From: Candidatus Altarchaeum sp.
Lineage (GTDB): Archaea > Altiarchaeota > Altiarchaeia > Altiarchaeales > Altiarchaeaceae
Direction of reading: 5' to 3'
Assembly: GCA_018260615.1 (NCBI GenBank)
Contig: JAGWDQ010000125.1
Coordinates: 1-24,125, forward strand
DNA length: 24,125 nt
Made by a program: the position numbers and the translations under genes. Numbering within the stretch: the stretch's first letter is position 1; the number at the start of each line of letters is the position of its first letter. A model generated the notes under the pieces. That model made no database searches. It was not told the DNA's origin and was given only the letters and a program-made list of their open reading frames with translations. This document shows positions 8,044 to 16,048 of the stretch, piece by piece.

Positions 8044-8151
8044 CCGCATCAAATTTAAGTAAATCATTCATAAGTTTTAACTTATTTCAATTTCGTTAAA
8101 ATCGTTAAAATAATCTCACCTCGTTCGGATATTTCAATACTTTGTATTTGA

Positions 8152-8217
8152 AATGCTTTCAGTGGTTGTTCATCTCATCATAATGATCAGACCGCCCGTT
8201 ACTCATCATAAAGCATT
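8152..8217 (-). ncRNA. Box C/D methylation guide sRNA (predicted targets 16S C1402 and 23S U2552, E. coli numbering)
   Basis: Minus strand reads AATGCTT-T-ATGATGA(C)-GTAACGGGCGGT-CTGA(D')-TCATT-ATGATGA(C')-GATGAACAACCA-CTGA(D)-AAGCATT. All four boxes are consensus, there are two 12-nt guides and a 7-bp terminal stem. The guides complement the universal rRNA motifs ACCGCCCGU and UGGUUGUUC. Confidence 0.92.
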
Positions 8218-8223
8218 AGATTA

Positions 8224-8368
8224 TGGGGCCGGAGGGATTTGAACCCCCATCTGCGGGTATCTCCAATGCATGATTAAATCATGTTATTTTTTCGTCATAG
8301 CCAAACGGCTCAGCGCTCCAGCAAAAATTTCTGGAGCCCATCAGGATGCCAGGTTACCCCACAGCCCC
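8224..8368 (-). tRNA. tRNA-Trp (CCA) with a 72-nt intron at 37/38 (intron 8259-8330)
   Basis: Acceptor stem GGGGCTG/CGGCCCC plus discriminator A; T-arm GGGGG-TTCAAAT-CCCTC; anticodon CT-CCA-G. Canonical BHB: CTCC/GGAG helix with bulges AG^A and AT^A. The mature body is 73 nt and CCA is not encoded. Confidence 0.95.
8259..8330 (-). ncRNA. tRNA-Trp intron with partial box C/D elements (Cm34 guide)
   Basis: Guide CTGGAGC (8315-8321) complements exon G31-G37 and is followed by G-CTGA (8310-8313), so the +5 rule points to C34. Then a GCC-GTTT-GGC hairpin and the C'-like ATGACGA (8292-8298). Confidence 0.6.
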
Positions 8369-8474
8369 TAAATTTATCAAAACATTAAAAATTAGAAATA
8401 AAAACAAAAAATATTTATTAAATTTAAGTGTTTAAAGGACGAAACATTAAATTTAAAATAAAATATTAAATTTT

Positions 8475-9020
8475 TCATGCCCTGTTCTTTCTTACTTTGT
8501 GTCCTGCAGGTGTCAGACCTCTGAAGACCCTGTGCTTTTGTTTAGGGGCACATAAGTAATTTACATCTTTGTCTGCCATTATTACGGGATGATACGGATC
8601 CACCATTATTACTTCATAATATTTATACTGCCCGTCCTCATAAAGCGGATACGAAGCCAAAATTTCCAGATTCATAAATTTTCTTTGTGTTCTTTCTTCT
8701 CCGATTCTCTGAATTGACTTTATCGGAGTTAGTTTTTTATATCCCGTTGGTTTCCTTCCTCCTGATGGAATGCCTATATTTCTTCCCCCTTTTCTTACTC
8801 TGCAGACAGCCGTAACAAAGCCCTGCTTTGCTTTGTATCCGTACATTCTTGCCTTGTCTAATCGTATCGGCTTTTCTGTCTGGGTTATCGCTTCTTCATT
8901 GTGTCTGAATTTCATTACTCTTTCCTTAATAATTGTCTTTAAGTCCCTGAAATTCGGGTCTTTTAATTTTTTTCTAAGTCCTCTGTAAAGTAATCCTATG
9001 TGCTTATACATTGACGGCAT
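8475..9020 (-). CDS. rpl15e: 50S ribosomal protein L15e
   Basis: PIRLDKARMYGYKAKQG, RVRKGG, QRIGEER, LEILASY, YKYYEVIMVDPYHP, RVFRGLTPAG. Confidence 0.97.
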   Translation of the reverse strand: MPSMYKHIGLLYRGLRKKLKDPNFRDLKTIIKERVMKFRHNEEAITQTEKPIRLDKARMYGYKAKQGFVTAVCRVRKGGRNIGIPSGGRKPTGYKKLTPIKSIQRIGEERTQRKFMNLEILASYPLYEDGQYKYYEVIMVDPYHPVIMADKDVNYLCAPKQKHRVFRGLTPAGHKVRKNRA

Positions 9021-9267
9021 TTTTTAAATTTAATTATATTTTGTAAAATTTTAGGTTAGTAATTTAATTTATAAGTATTTAAATTTATCATTTATTTCAA
9101 GTTTGGAGATTTCAAAATGCATTGGAAATAACAAAAAAGGAATTTATCATAAGATATAAAGTTCGAATATTTTAAAGATTATTTTAATTTATTTACGGGT
9201 AGTTCTAATTTATTTCAATAAAATTTTAAAAAATTAATCAAGTATCATTTGCTCAACAAAATAAATA

Positions 9268-9687
9268 ATGGCATTAGAATTACCTTTTGCAATAAATTTA
9301 AACTTTCCTCTTTACGCAATTGCTATAATATCAGCATTTTTAATGACAACATTTAATATGTTTGGTAAATCTATACTAATGCCTAAACAGAAAAGCGATG
9401 AAACAATGATTAGGTTTTTGATAATGTCTATGCAAATAATATTTATTTCTATTATTCTCATAGCATTGTTTTATATGTTCGGACTTGTTTTCTCTGCTAT
9501 TTCTATGGAGATTGTTGCTTTTATAGGATACATAATTTTGTTTATTTCAATGATGGGTATTTTCTTTTTTTCGCTCTCACTACTTATTCTATTACATTCT
9601 ATGCTTCCGGTTAACATATTCAACGAAAATTTTAAATCCAAAGAAAATGGAAAAAACGAAAAACGAAGGGAGAATAAAAGCAGTTAG
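9268..9687 (+). CDS. Hypothetical membrane protein (3-4 TM)
   Basis: 139-aa ORF dominated by long hydrophobic stretches. No family recognised. Confidence 0.6.
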   Translation: MALELPFAINLNFPLYAIAIISAFLMTTFNMFGKSILMPKQKSDETMIRFLIMSMQIIFISIILIALFYMFGLVFSAISMEIVAFIGYIILFISMMGIFFFSLSLLILLHSMLPVNIFNENFKSKENGKNEKRRENKSS

Positions 9688-10483
9688 TTTGGTGGTTTTT
9701 GTAGCTCTTATATTTTTTGTGTCTGCAATGAATGTGTGTGCTCAAAACATCGGAGAAGATTCACAAAAACTTTCATTCTCTATGGCAGTTTTAGGAACAC
9801 TTATAGGAATAATTTTTTTTATCATTATATTTTATTTTTCCTATAAAAGCACAGCTAAAGGATTTGTGATAGGCAAATTATCATCATGTGGCGGATTAAG
9901 TAACCTGATAGAAAAATATAGTGCGGAACCTAAATGTGGAGAAGCAGGAGAGTTAAATCCGGCAATATTTGACGAAGAATTAACCAATATGATGTATGAA
10001 AAAGGACAGGAATATAAAATTTTGATAGATAAATATCTTTGTATAGGAAAAGAAGAAAATGAAAAATTTATGCCTTCACAATGGTTGATATACATTTTGC
10101 AAATGGGGGAATTACGACGAAAGAAAGATTCCAACACAAAATTTGACAAAGAGTCAGGAATTGTAATGCATGGTAGCAAGGGGAACCCTGTCACACATTA
10201 CATAATAACTACTGGTTTTGTGTTATATCACAAACACGAAGGTAAAGAAAGGACGGGATGGTATATAGTTCCATTTTCTTCTGAAATAAAAAAATTTGAG
10301 AAAAAATTTTCAGATGATTTTGAAAATAGAGGTGTTATTTATAAACCTGTACTCAAAAAAGAGTTGGAAGAAGCAAAAGAGAATTCAAAAGAAGAAATAT
10401 ACTTTTTAACATATGTTGGGGGAAAGTATAGATATGCAAAAAATGAGGAAATAGAAGATTTATTAAGACATCTGAATAACTAA
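9647..10483 (+). CDS. Hypothetical membrane-anchored protein
   Basis: Signal-like N-terminus (…VSAMNVCA-Q), a second TM segment (MAVLGTLIGIIFFIIIFYFSY) and a ~200-aa soluble domain. 41-bp overlap with the upstream ORF. Confidence 0.7.
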   Translation: MEKTKNEGRIKAVSLVVFVALIFFVSAMNVCAQNIGEDSQKLSFSMAVLGTLIGIIFFIIIFYFSYKSTAKGFVIGKLSSCGGLSNLIEKYSAEPKCGEAGELNPAIFDEELTNMMYEKGQEYKILIDKYLCIGKEENEKFMPSQWLIYILQMGELRRKKDSNTKFDKESGIVMHGSKGNPVTHYIITTGFVLYHKHEGKERTGWYIVPFSSEIKKFEKKFSDDFENRGVIYKPVLKKELEEAKENSKEEIYFLTYVGGKYRYAKNEEIEDLLRHLNN

Positions 10484-10643
10484 AGATTTTGAAATATGCA
10501 TGTATTTCATGGGGGAGGTAAATTTTACTCTTGTTCACCTTTTTACTTTTCTTTATAGATTATTTGTTTCTTATTTTTCATTTTGAGAACATAATTTATA
10601 AAATAAAAAATTTTATTAGTTACAAACAAATTTAAATTTTAAA

Positions 10644-11972
10644 ATGGAAAATAAAAAGATAAACATAGGGATAGTAGCAGCAGAATTTAATTACGATGTT
10701 ACTTATGCAATGGTTGAACTTGCAAAGGAGCATGCAAAATTTTTAAATGCAGAAGTTGCTGAGGTAATGAAAGTGCCGGGAACTTATGACATTCCTTTCG
10801 GGGTTAAAATTTTGCTGTCAAAGAAGAACATTGATTGTATTGTAACATTAGGGGCGGTTATTGAAGGGCAGACGGACCATGACGATGTTATAGCACAGCA
10901 GGCATCAAGGAAGATCATGGATTTAGGACTTGAATTTAACAAGCCGGTTGCACTGGGAATTTCAGGCCCGGGAATGAGTCGTCTTGAAGCACATGAAAGA
11001 GTGGATTATGCAAAGAGAGCGGTTGAGGCGGCAGTTAAGATGTGCAGAATTAAATTTGCGAGCGAAGAGAAAGAAAGCGGAGAGTATGCAAAAATAGAAG
11101 AAAAAGTTAAAGAACCTAAGGAAGAAACACATAAAGAAAAAGCAGAAGCACCAAAAGAAGAATTGCCTAATGAAGAAGCACATAAAGAAGATGAAAGGTG
11201 GATGACATCAGACGAATTTATGAAGAACATTACAGAATGGAAAGGGAAAAGAGGCAGGCCAAAAAAAGCAAAAGGTGAGACAAAAGCAAAAGATAGAGCG
11301 AAACGCATGGTAATCGGGAATAAAGAAGGGAAAAAAATCATTGAAGAACCCGGGGAAGAAGTACATAAAGAAGAAATACCTAAAGAAGAAGCAGAAGGAT
11401 GGATGAGTGCGGATGAGTTTATGGACAAACTTAGGAAGGGACGACACACAGAAGAGGAAAGAAAAGAGAAAACAACAAAGAAAGCGGAGAGGCCAAAGAA
11501 AGCAAAATCCGGGAAAAAGTCAAATATCGGAGGAAAACCAAAAAAAGCAGAGGGACTCGCAGAAGGTAAAAAGATTGCAGAGATTGCTGAAAAAAAAATT
11601 GAAGAGCCAAAAGAAGAATTAGTGAGTGCGGGGGAATCCGCGAACAAAATTGAGACGGGGATTGCAGAAGAAAAAAAGAAAAGCGGAAAGAAAAGAGGCA
11701 GGCCAAAAAAAGCAAAATCTGAGTTAAAAATAAAAGGCAAAGAAAATACGGGGGAGCCCGGAGGACCGGCAAAACTCAAAAAGATCAGGGATGAAGAAAA
11801 GGGAAAAATTATTGAAGAAATCAAAAAGAACGGAAGGATCACAACCGGAGAAGTAATGAAAATGTTTAATGTTGCAAAGAGCACGGCATGGAATGCGATG
11901 AATGAGCTTTTGAAAGAGGGATGGATTGTAAGAAAGGGAAAGAAAAATACATCCCATTATGTCCTCGCGTGA
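10644..11972 (+). CDS. ribH: 6,7-dimethyl-8-ribityllumazine synthase fused to a Lys/Glu-rich linker with AT-hook motifs and a C-terminal winged-helix domain
   Basis: aa 1-137 are archaeal RibH (AEFNYDVT, VPGTYDIP, TLGAVIEGQTDHD, LGISGPGM, AKRAVEAAVKM). KRGRPKKAK occurs at aa 202-210 and 350-358. aa 383-442 match a DeoR-like wHTH pattern (KIIEEIKKNGRITTGEVMKMFNVAKSTAWNAMNELLKEGWIVRKG...Y). Confidence 0.9.
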   Translation: MENKKINIGIVAAEFNYDVTYAMVELAKEHAKFLNAEVAEVMKVPGTYDIPFGVKILLSKKNIDCIVTLGAVIEGQTDHDDVIAQQASRKIMDLGLEFNKPVALGISGPGMSRLEAHERVDYAKRAVEAAVKMCRIKFASEEKESGEYAKIEEKVKEPKEETHKEKAEAPKEELPNEEAHKEDERWMTSDEFMKNITEWKGKRGRPKKAKGETKAKDRAKRMVIGNKEGKKIIEEPGEEVHKEEIPKEEAEGWMSADEFMDKLRKGRHTEEERKEKTTKKAERPKKAKSGKKSNIGGKPKKAEGLAEGKKIAEIAEKKIEEPKEELVSAGESANKIETGIAEEKKKSGKKRGRPKKAKSELKIKGKENTGEPGGPAKLKKIRDEEKGKIIEEIKKNGRITTGEVMKMFNVAKSTAWNAMNELLKEGWIVRKGKKNTSHYVLA

Positions 11973-12002
11973 TACAAAAACCAGGTGAACGGCAAAATGA
12001 AT

Positions 12003-12126
12003 AAAGATCACCTCGCTTACGCTCGGAGATTTTCAAAACTTACGCTCACTTCGTTCGTGTATTTTAAAAACTTCGTTTTTAAAATTGCGTTTTGAAAATA
12101 ACCTCACTTCGTTCGGAGATTTAAAA
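12003..12126 (+). repeat. Dispersed repeat cluster (same family as the MITE cargo)
   Basis: ATCACCTCGCTTACGCTCGGAGATTTT, TTACGCTCACTTCGTTCGTGTATTTT, hairpin ATTTTAAAAAC-TTC-GTTTTTAAAAT and AACCTCACTTCGTTCGGAGATTT. Homologous to 7828-7880 and 5640-5713. Confidence 0.85.
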
Positions 12127-12145
12127 TTTTTATGAGAAATTTAAA

Positions 12146-12469
12146 ATGGGATGTGAAGAGGAAAAAAAGGAGCCAGAGTGCATATTTTGTTTTTCCATAA
12201 AGGAATCAATACTTAAAGAGATTGACAAAATCGCAGAAGAGGATATGAGTAACAGGGAAGTAATAGTTAAAAAGATGGTCGGACTTGGATTGAGAGAGTT
12301 CAGAAAAGCAAAAGCGGCAAAACTATACAAAGAAGAACGGCTGTCCCTTTCCGAAGCGGCGAAAATGGCGGGACTTACGATGAAGCGTATGAAAGAATAT
12401 CTGGCAGAGAAGGATTACCGGCTGGATTATAGTATTCTGGATATTGAAAGAGAGCTGGGAATTTTATAA
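12146..12469 (+). CDS. UPF0175-family protein (RHH-like N-terminus + HTH; antitoxin-like)
   Basis: C-terminal pattern LYKEERLSLSEAAKMAGLT…MKEYL. N-terminal SIKESILKEIDKIAEEDM…EVIVKK resembles a ribbon-helix-helix. Confidence 0.7.
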   Translation: MGCEEEKKEPECIFCFSIKESILKEIDKIAEEDMSNREVIVKKMVGLGLREFRKAKAAKLYKEERLSLSEAAKMAGLTMKRMKEYLAEKDYRLDYSILDIERELGIL

Positions 12470-12475
12470 TTCACT

Positions 12476-13213
12476 ATGGAAGATGTTGAAATTTACGGAG
12501 CAAGGGTTATTGATTTAGCGTTGCTGGCTGATGAAAATTTAATTATTGCCGATTTACATTTGGGATATGAAGAGGCATTGATGAACGAAGGAATAGTTAT
12601 TCCTAAATTTCAGTACAAAAAGATAATAAATCGTTTAGAGAAAATTTTTCAGGCGGCAAATTCTTATGGTAAAGTAAAACGACTTATAATTAACGGTGAT
12701 TTAAAGCACGAATTCGGAAGGAGCAGCAGACAGGAATATAAGGAAACATCAGAAATTATAAATTTTTTGAAAAATTATGCGGATGATATTGTCTTAATCA
12801 GGGGAAATCACGATAACTTTGTAAGCGCAACCGCAGAAAATTTAAATGTTAAATTTTGTGAAAATTTTGCAGTTAAAAATTTTTTCATATTGCACGGTGA
12901 TAAAATTCCAAAAAATTTTGATGATTTGGCTAAAAATAAAACTATTGTTATTGCTCACGAGCATCCCTGTGTCGGATTGAGAACAGCAGAAAGAACTGAA
13001 AAAATGAAGTGCTTTTTAAAGGGAAAATTTGAGGAAAAAAATTTAATCGTCATGCCTGCGTTTAATTTTATTGCCGGGGGAACGGATATTTTGCAGGGAA
13101 ATTTACTGTCTCCGTTTTTAAAAGAAAATATAGAGAATTTTGAGGTTTTTGGGGTTGAAAATTTTGAGGTATTTTATTTTGGCACTGTCGGGGATTTGAT
13201 AAATTTAATTTAA
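12476..13213 (+). CDS. Metallophosphoesterase (calcineurin-like, archaeal COG1407-type)
   Basis: IADLHLGYE, INGDLKH, RGNHD, LHGD, AHEHP, VMPAFN motifs. Confidence 0.9.
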   Translation: MEDVEIYGARVIDLALLADENLIIADLHLGYEEALMNEGIVIPKFQYKKIINRLEKIFQAANSYGKVKRLIINGDLKHEFGRSSRQEYKETSEIINFLKNYADDIVLIRGNHDNFVSATAENLNVKFCENFAVKNFFILHGDKIPKNFDDLAKNKTIVIAHEHPCVGLRTAERTEKMKCFLKGKFEEKNLIVMPAFNFIAGGTDILQGNLLSPFLKENIENFEVFGVENFEVFYFGTVGDLINLI

Positions 13214-13236
13214 ATTTAATTGCATTTATTTGTAAT
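13209..13236 (+). repeat. Direct repeat upstream of the R-M methylase (copy 1)
   Basis: TTTAAATTTAATTGCATTTA (20 bp, 13209-13228) plus TTTGTAAT recurs at 15159-15188 upstream of pspA. Confidence 0.75.
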
Positions 13237-13276
13237 ATATTTTTAATTACAATATCCAAACTTTGAATAACAAAAA

Positions 13277-14350
13277 ATGGCAAATCATTTTGTTAGATTA
13301 TTGGAAGAAAGCGGGCAGCACAAAATTTCAAAGGAACTTCCCGATAAAATAAATATACTTGCTCATAAAATCAGAGCATATAAAGAAGGCAAAAATCTTA
13401 CCTTATTTGAAACGTGTCTTATTGACAGCAAAAAAGAAATATTTTTAAATAGCATAAGGAGCAAAAATCCGGACAGTATGAATAAATACAAGAGAGTTTG
13501 TTTGTCACCCATTCGTTATGCAGGAGGTAAAAGTTTGGCTGTTGGCTATGTTTCGGAGTTACTTCCGGATAACATAAAAAGATTAATATCACCTTTTTTT
13601 GGTGGCGGCTCTGTTGAAATATCCTGTAATATAAATCTCGGGGTAGAAATTATTGGCTTTGATATTTTTGAAATACTTGCTAAATACTGGAATGTGCAAA
13701 TAAAATATCCTGATATTTTATATGACAAACTTAAAGAACTAAAACCAACAAAAGAAAATTATAATAAAGTAAAAGAAATCTTAAAAAAACACTGGTTGAA
13801 AGAAATTACATTAAACGATATTGATTTAGCCACTTATTATTACTTTAATCATAATTTATCTTATGGACCAAGTTTTTTGGGATGGACTTCTGACATTTAT
13901 CTTAATGAAAAAAAATATGAATCAATGTTAAATAAAGTAAAAAATTTTAAAGTAAAGAATATAAATGTATCTTGCGCTGATTTTGAAAAAGTATTTAATG
14001 ATTATCCAAATGATTTCTTTTATTGCGACCCCCCTTATTATTTAGGCAGTGACAGCAAAATGTTTAAAGGTATATACCCGCAAAGGAATTTTCCGATACA
14101 TCATAATAATTTTAACCACGAAAAGTTAAGGGAATTGTTACATAATCATAAAGGTGGTTTTATTTTATCATATAATGATTGTCCTACAATAAGAGAGGGC
14201 TATAAAGATTATAAAATGATATTTCCTTCGTGGCAATACACTATGGGACAGGGTGAAACAAGAATTGGCTTAAACAGAAAGAATAATAATTGCGATAATA
14301 ATATAAAAAAATCACATGAAATAATAATTTATTCCATACCAAATGAGTAA
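13277..14350 (+). CDS. N6-adenine DNA methyltransferase (D12/Dam-like class) with a PspAA-like N-terminal extension
   Basis: SPIRYAGGKS, SPFFGGGSVE (motif I) and YCDPPY (motif IV). aa 1-35 are 18/35 identical, ungapped, to the 16049 ORF. Confidence 0.92.
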   Translation: MANHFVRLLEESGQHKISKELPDKINILAHKIRAYKEGKNLTLFETCLIDSKKEIFLNSIRSKNPDSMNKYKRVCLSPIRYAGGKSLAVGYVSELLPDNIKRLISPFFGGGSVEISCNINLGVEIIGFDIFEILAKYWNVQIKYPDILYDKLKELKPTKENYNKVKEILKKHWLKEITLNDIDLATYYYFNHNLSYGPSFLGWTSDIYLNEKKYESMLNKVKNFKVKNINVSCADFEKVFNDYPNDFFYCDPPYYLGSDSKMFKGIYPQRNFPIHHNNFNHEKLRELLHNHKGGFILSYNDCPTIREGYKDYKMIFPSWQYTMGQGETRIGLNRKNNNCDNNIKKSHEIIIYSIPNE

Positions 14351-15107
14351 AAGGAGAGCGATGAGTTCTGCCGAAGCAAGCAGAGTAAAAAAAGCAGGGC
14401 ATTCTGCTGAAAAAGAATTTGCAGAGTTAATAGGGGGCAAAGTTTATTCGTCTCATACTGGAATGAAAAAAGATGTATTGGACAAAAATAATGACTTTCA
14501 TTCTGTAAAAAGCGGAAATAAAAAATGGCAAATCTTTTTGTATGGTAAGAAAAGATTTGAAGACGATGATATTTTTCAAGTTCTTAATGGGTTTGCGGAA
14601 TTATTTTTGGGATGTATATACAGTTTTCCCGAAAGTAGAGAAGAATATTTGAATGATAAAAGATATTTTAAAGAAAAATTAACAAAGTATATGATTGCTT
14701 TGAAAGAGAAATTAGAAGTAAAAATTAAGTTAAAAGCATTTTTATCTATGTCATTATTTAATGGCGGAGAAGTTAATTATCTGACTATTAAAGAACATGA
14801 CGGAACATTTCACATTTTCAAAAATAATGAAGTAATAAATATTTTGTCTGATAATATTGTTGCTGAAAATTCAAAAGCAAGGCAAGATAACCAATTTAAC
14901 AACCAAAAAGTTGTTTTCAAATACGATGATGTTGCCATTGGAGAGATAGAAATGCGCAACGATAGCAATGTGCATTATAGACAAGTAAAATTCTGGTTGG
15001 GCAGAGATAAAACATTTTCCTTACTAACAAAGAACATAAATAAAAAAGAAGAAATGTGTAGTAGAATATTTGTATATGGTCAAGCTATAAAGACCTTTAC
15101 TTGTTAA
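14343..15107 (+). CDS. Putative type II restriction endonuclease (PD-(D/E)xK-like)
   Basis: Overlaps the methylase stop by 8 bp. GHSAEKEF...KKDV...HSVKSG fits an E...D...(S/E)xK nuclease core. Specificity unknown. Confidence 0.65.
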   Translation: MSKRRAMSSAEASRVKKAGHSAEKEFAELIGGKVYSSHTGMKKDVLDKNNDFHSVKSGNKKWQIFLYGKKRFEDDDIFQVLNGFAELFLGCIYSFPESREEYLNDKRYFKEKLTKYMIALKEKLEVKIKLKAFLSMSLFNGGEVNYLTIKEHDGTFHIFKNNEVINILSDNIVAENSKARQDNQFNNQKVVFKYDDVAIGEIEMRNDSNVHYRQVKFWLGRDKTFSLLTKNINKKEEMCSRIFVYGQAIKTFTC

Positions 15108-15158
15108 ACATCTTTAACATACTATTGATGGATGTAACGGATTTAATAAATTTAAACA

Positions 15159-15188
15159 TTTAAATTTAATTGCATTTAAATTTGTAAT
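15159..15188 (+). repeat. Direct repeat upstream of pspA (copy 2)
   Basis: Same 20-bp core as 13209-13228, followed by AA-TTTGTAAT. Confidence 0.75.
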
Positions 15189-15246
15189 CATAAATTATTT
15201 AAATAAAAAATAAAAATTTAAAAAGTAAATAGATAAATAAACAAAA

Positions 15247-15954
15247 ATGGGTATACTGAAAAGGACAGCAGATATTTTGTCTGCGAAGATACACGGGTTG
15301 TTGGACAGGGGAGAAAATCCGAAAGAAATGCTGGACTATAGTTATGAAAAGCAGAAGGAATTATTACAAAATGTAAGCAAAGGAATTGCCGATGTTATGA
15401 CTGCAAAAAAACAACTTGAAATAAAGAGGGACGAATTGAATGTTGCAGGCGAGAAATATCAGAGGCAGGCAGAGGCGTCTGTAAATGCGGGAAGGGATGA
15501 TCTGGCAGCAATGGCATTAAGCAGAAAGCAGGAAACAATGCAGTCAATTGAAAATTTAAACCAGCAGATTGCCGGATTAGATAAAAATCTGGAAAATTTA
15601 AAGGCAACAAAGCAGAAGTTAGAGGTAAAAATACAGCAATTCGGGGCACACAAGGAAATTTTAAAGGCACAATATGATGCAAGCAAAGCGACAGTTCAGG
15701 TGCAGGAATCATTAACCGGATTAAGTGAGGATATGATGGATGTCAAATCAACGGTTGACAGAGTTGAAGGAAAGATACAAAAGCAGAAAGCGAGAGCAGA
15801 TGCGATAAGCACGATGGTTGATGAGGGAACACTTACTGAGGTTTATTTCGGCTCGGAAAAGAAGGACGATATTGACAGGGAACTGGCAAAAATCGGAGGC
15901 AGCAGCGGAGTTAATAACGAATTAGCGGCATTAAAGGCAAAAATGGGAAAATAA
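15247..15954 (+). CDS. pspA: PspA/IM30 family protein
   Basis: MGILKRTADILSAKIHGLLDRGENPKEMLDYSYEKQ, AGRDDLAAMAL, long coiled coil, KARADAI, C-terminal ELAALKAKM. Confidence 0.93.
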   Translation: MGILKRTADILSAKIHGLLDRGENPKEMLDYSYEKQKELLQNVSKGIADVMTAKKQLEIKRDELNVAGEKYQRQAEASVNAGRDDLAAMALSRKQETMQSIENLNQQIAGLDKNLENLKATKQKLEVKIQQFGAHKEILKAQYDASKATVQVQESLTGLSEDMMDVKSTVDRVEGKIQKQKARADAISTMVDEGTLTEVYFGSEKKDDIDRELAKIGGSSGVNNELAALKAKMGK

Positions 15955-16048
15955 TAATGTAAAAGTAAAAGTAAAATTTAAGAGGTAAAACATTTAATAC
16001 ATAAAATTTAAAAATTTTAAAAACATCTAAATTTTAAATAAATTTAAA

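Noticed and set aside
8254-8341. A27-C43 mismatch at the top of the tRNA-Trp anticodon stem as a sign of a pseudogene or editing
   Set aside because: All other arms and the BHB motif are intact, and a single mismatch at the stem end is tolerated in many tRNAs.
10962-12011. Several antisense or alternate-frame ORFs over ribH, including the 292-aa ORF 11006-11884 (-)
   Set aside because: These are shadows of the A/G-rich Lys/Glu codons, whose reverse complement gives stop-poor Phe/Ser/Leu runs. No family features.
13277-15107. Assigning GATC as the R-M recognition site
   Set aside because: The Dam-like class includes many specificities. GATC occurs repeatedly in the window, which is uninformative. 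A REBASE comparison or methylome is needed.
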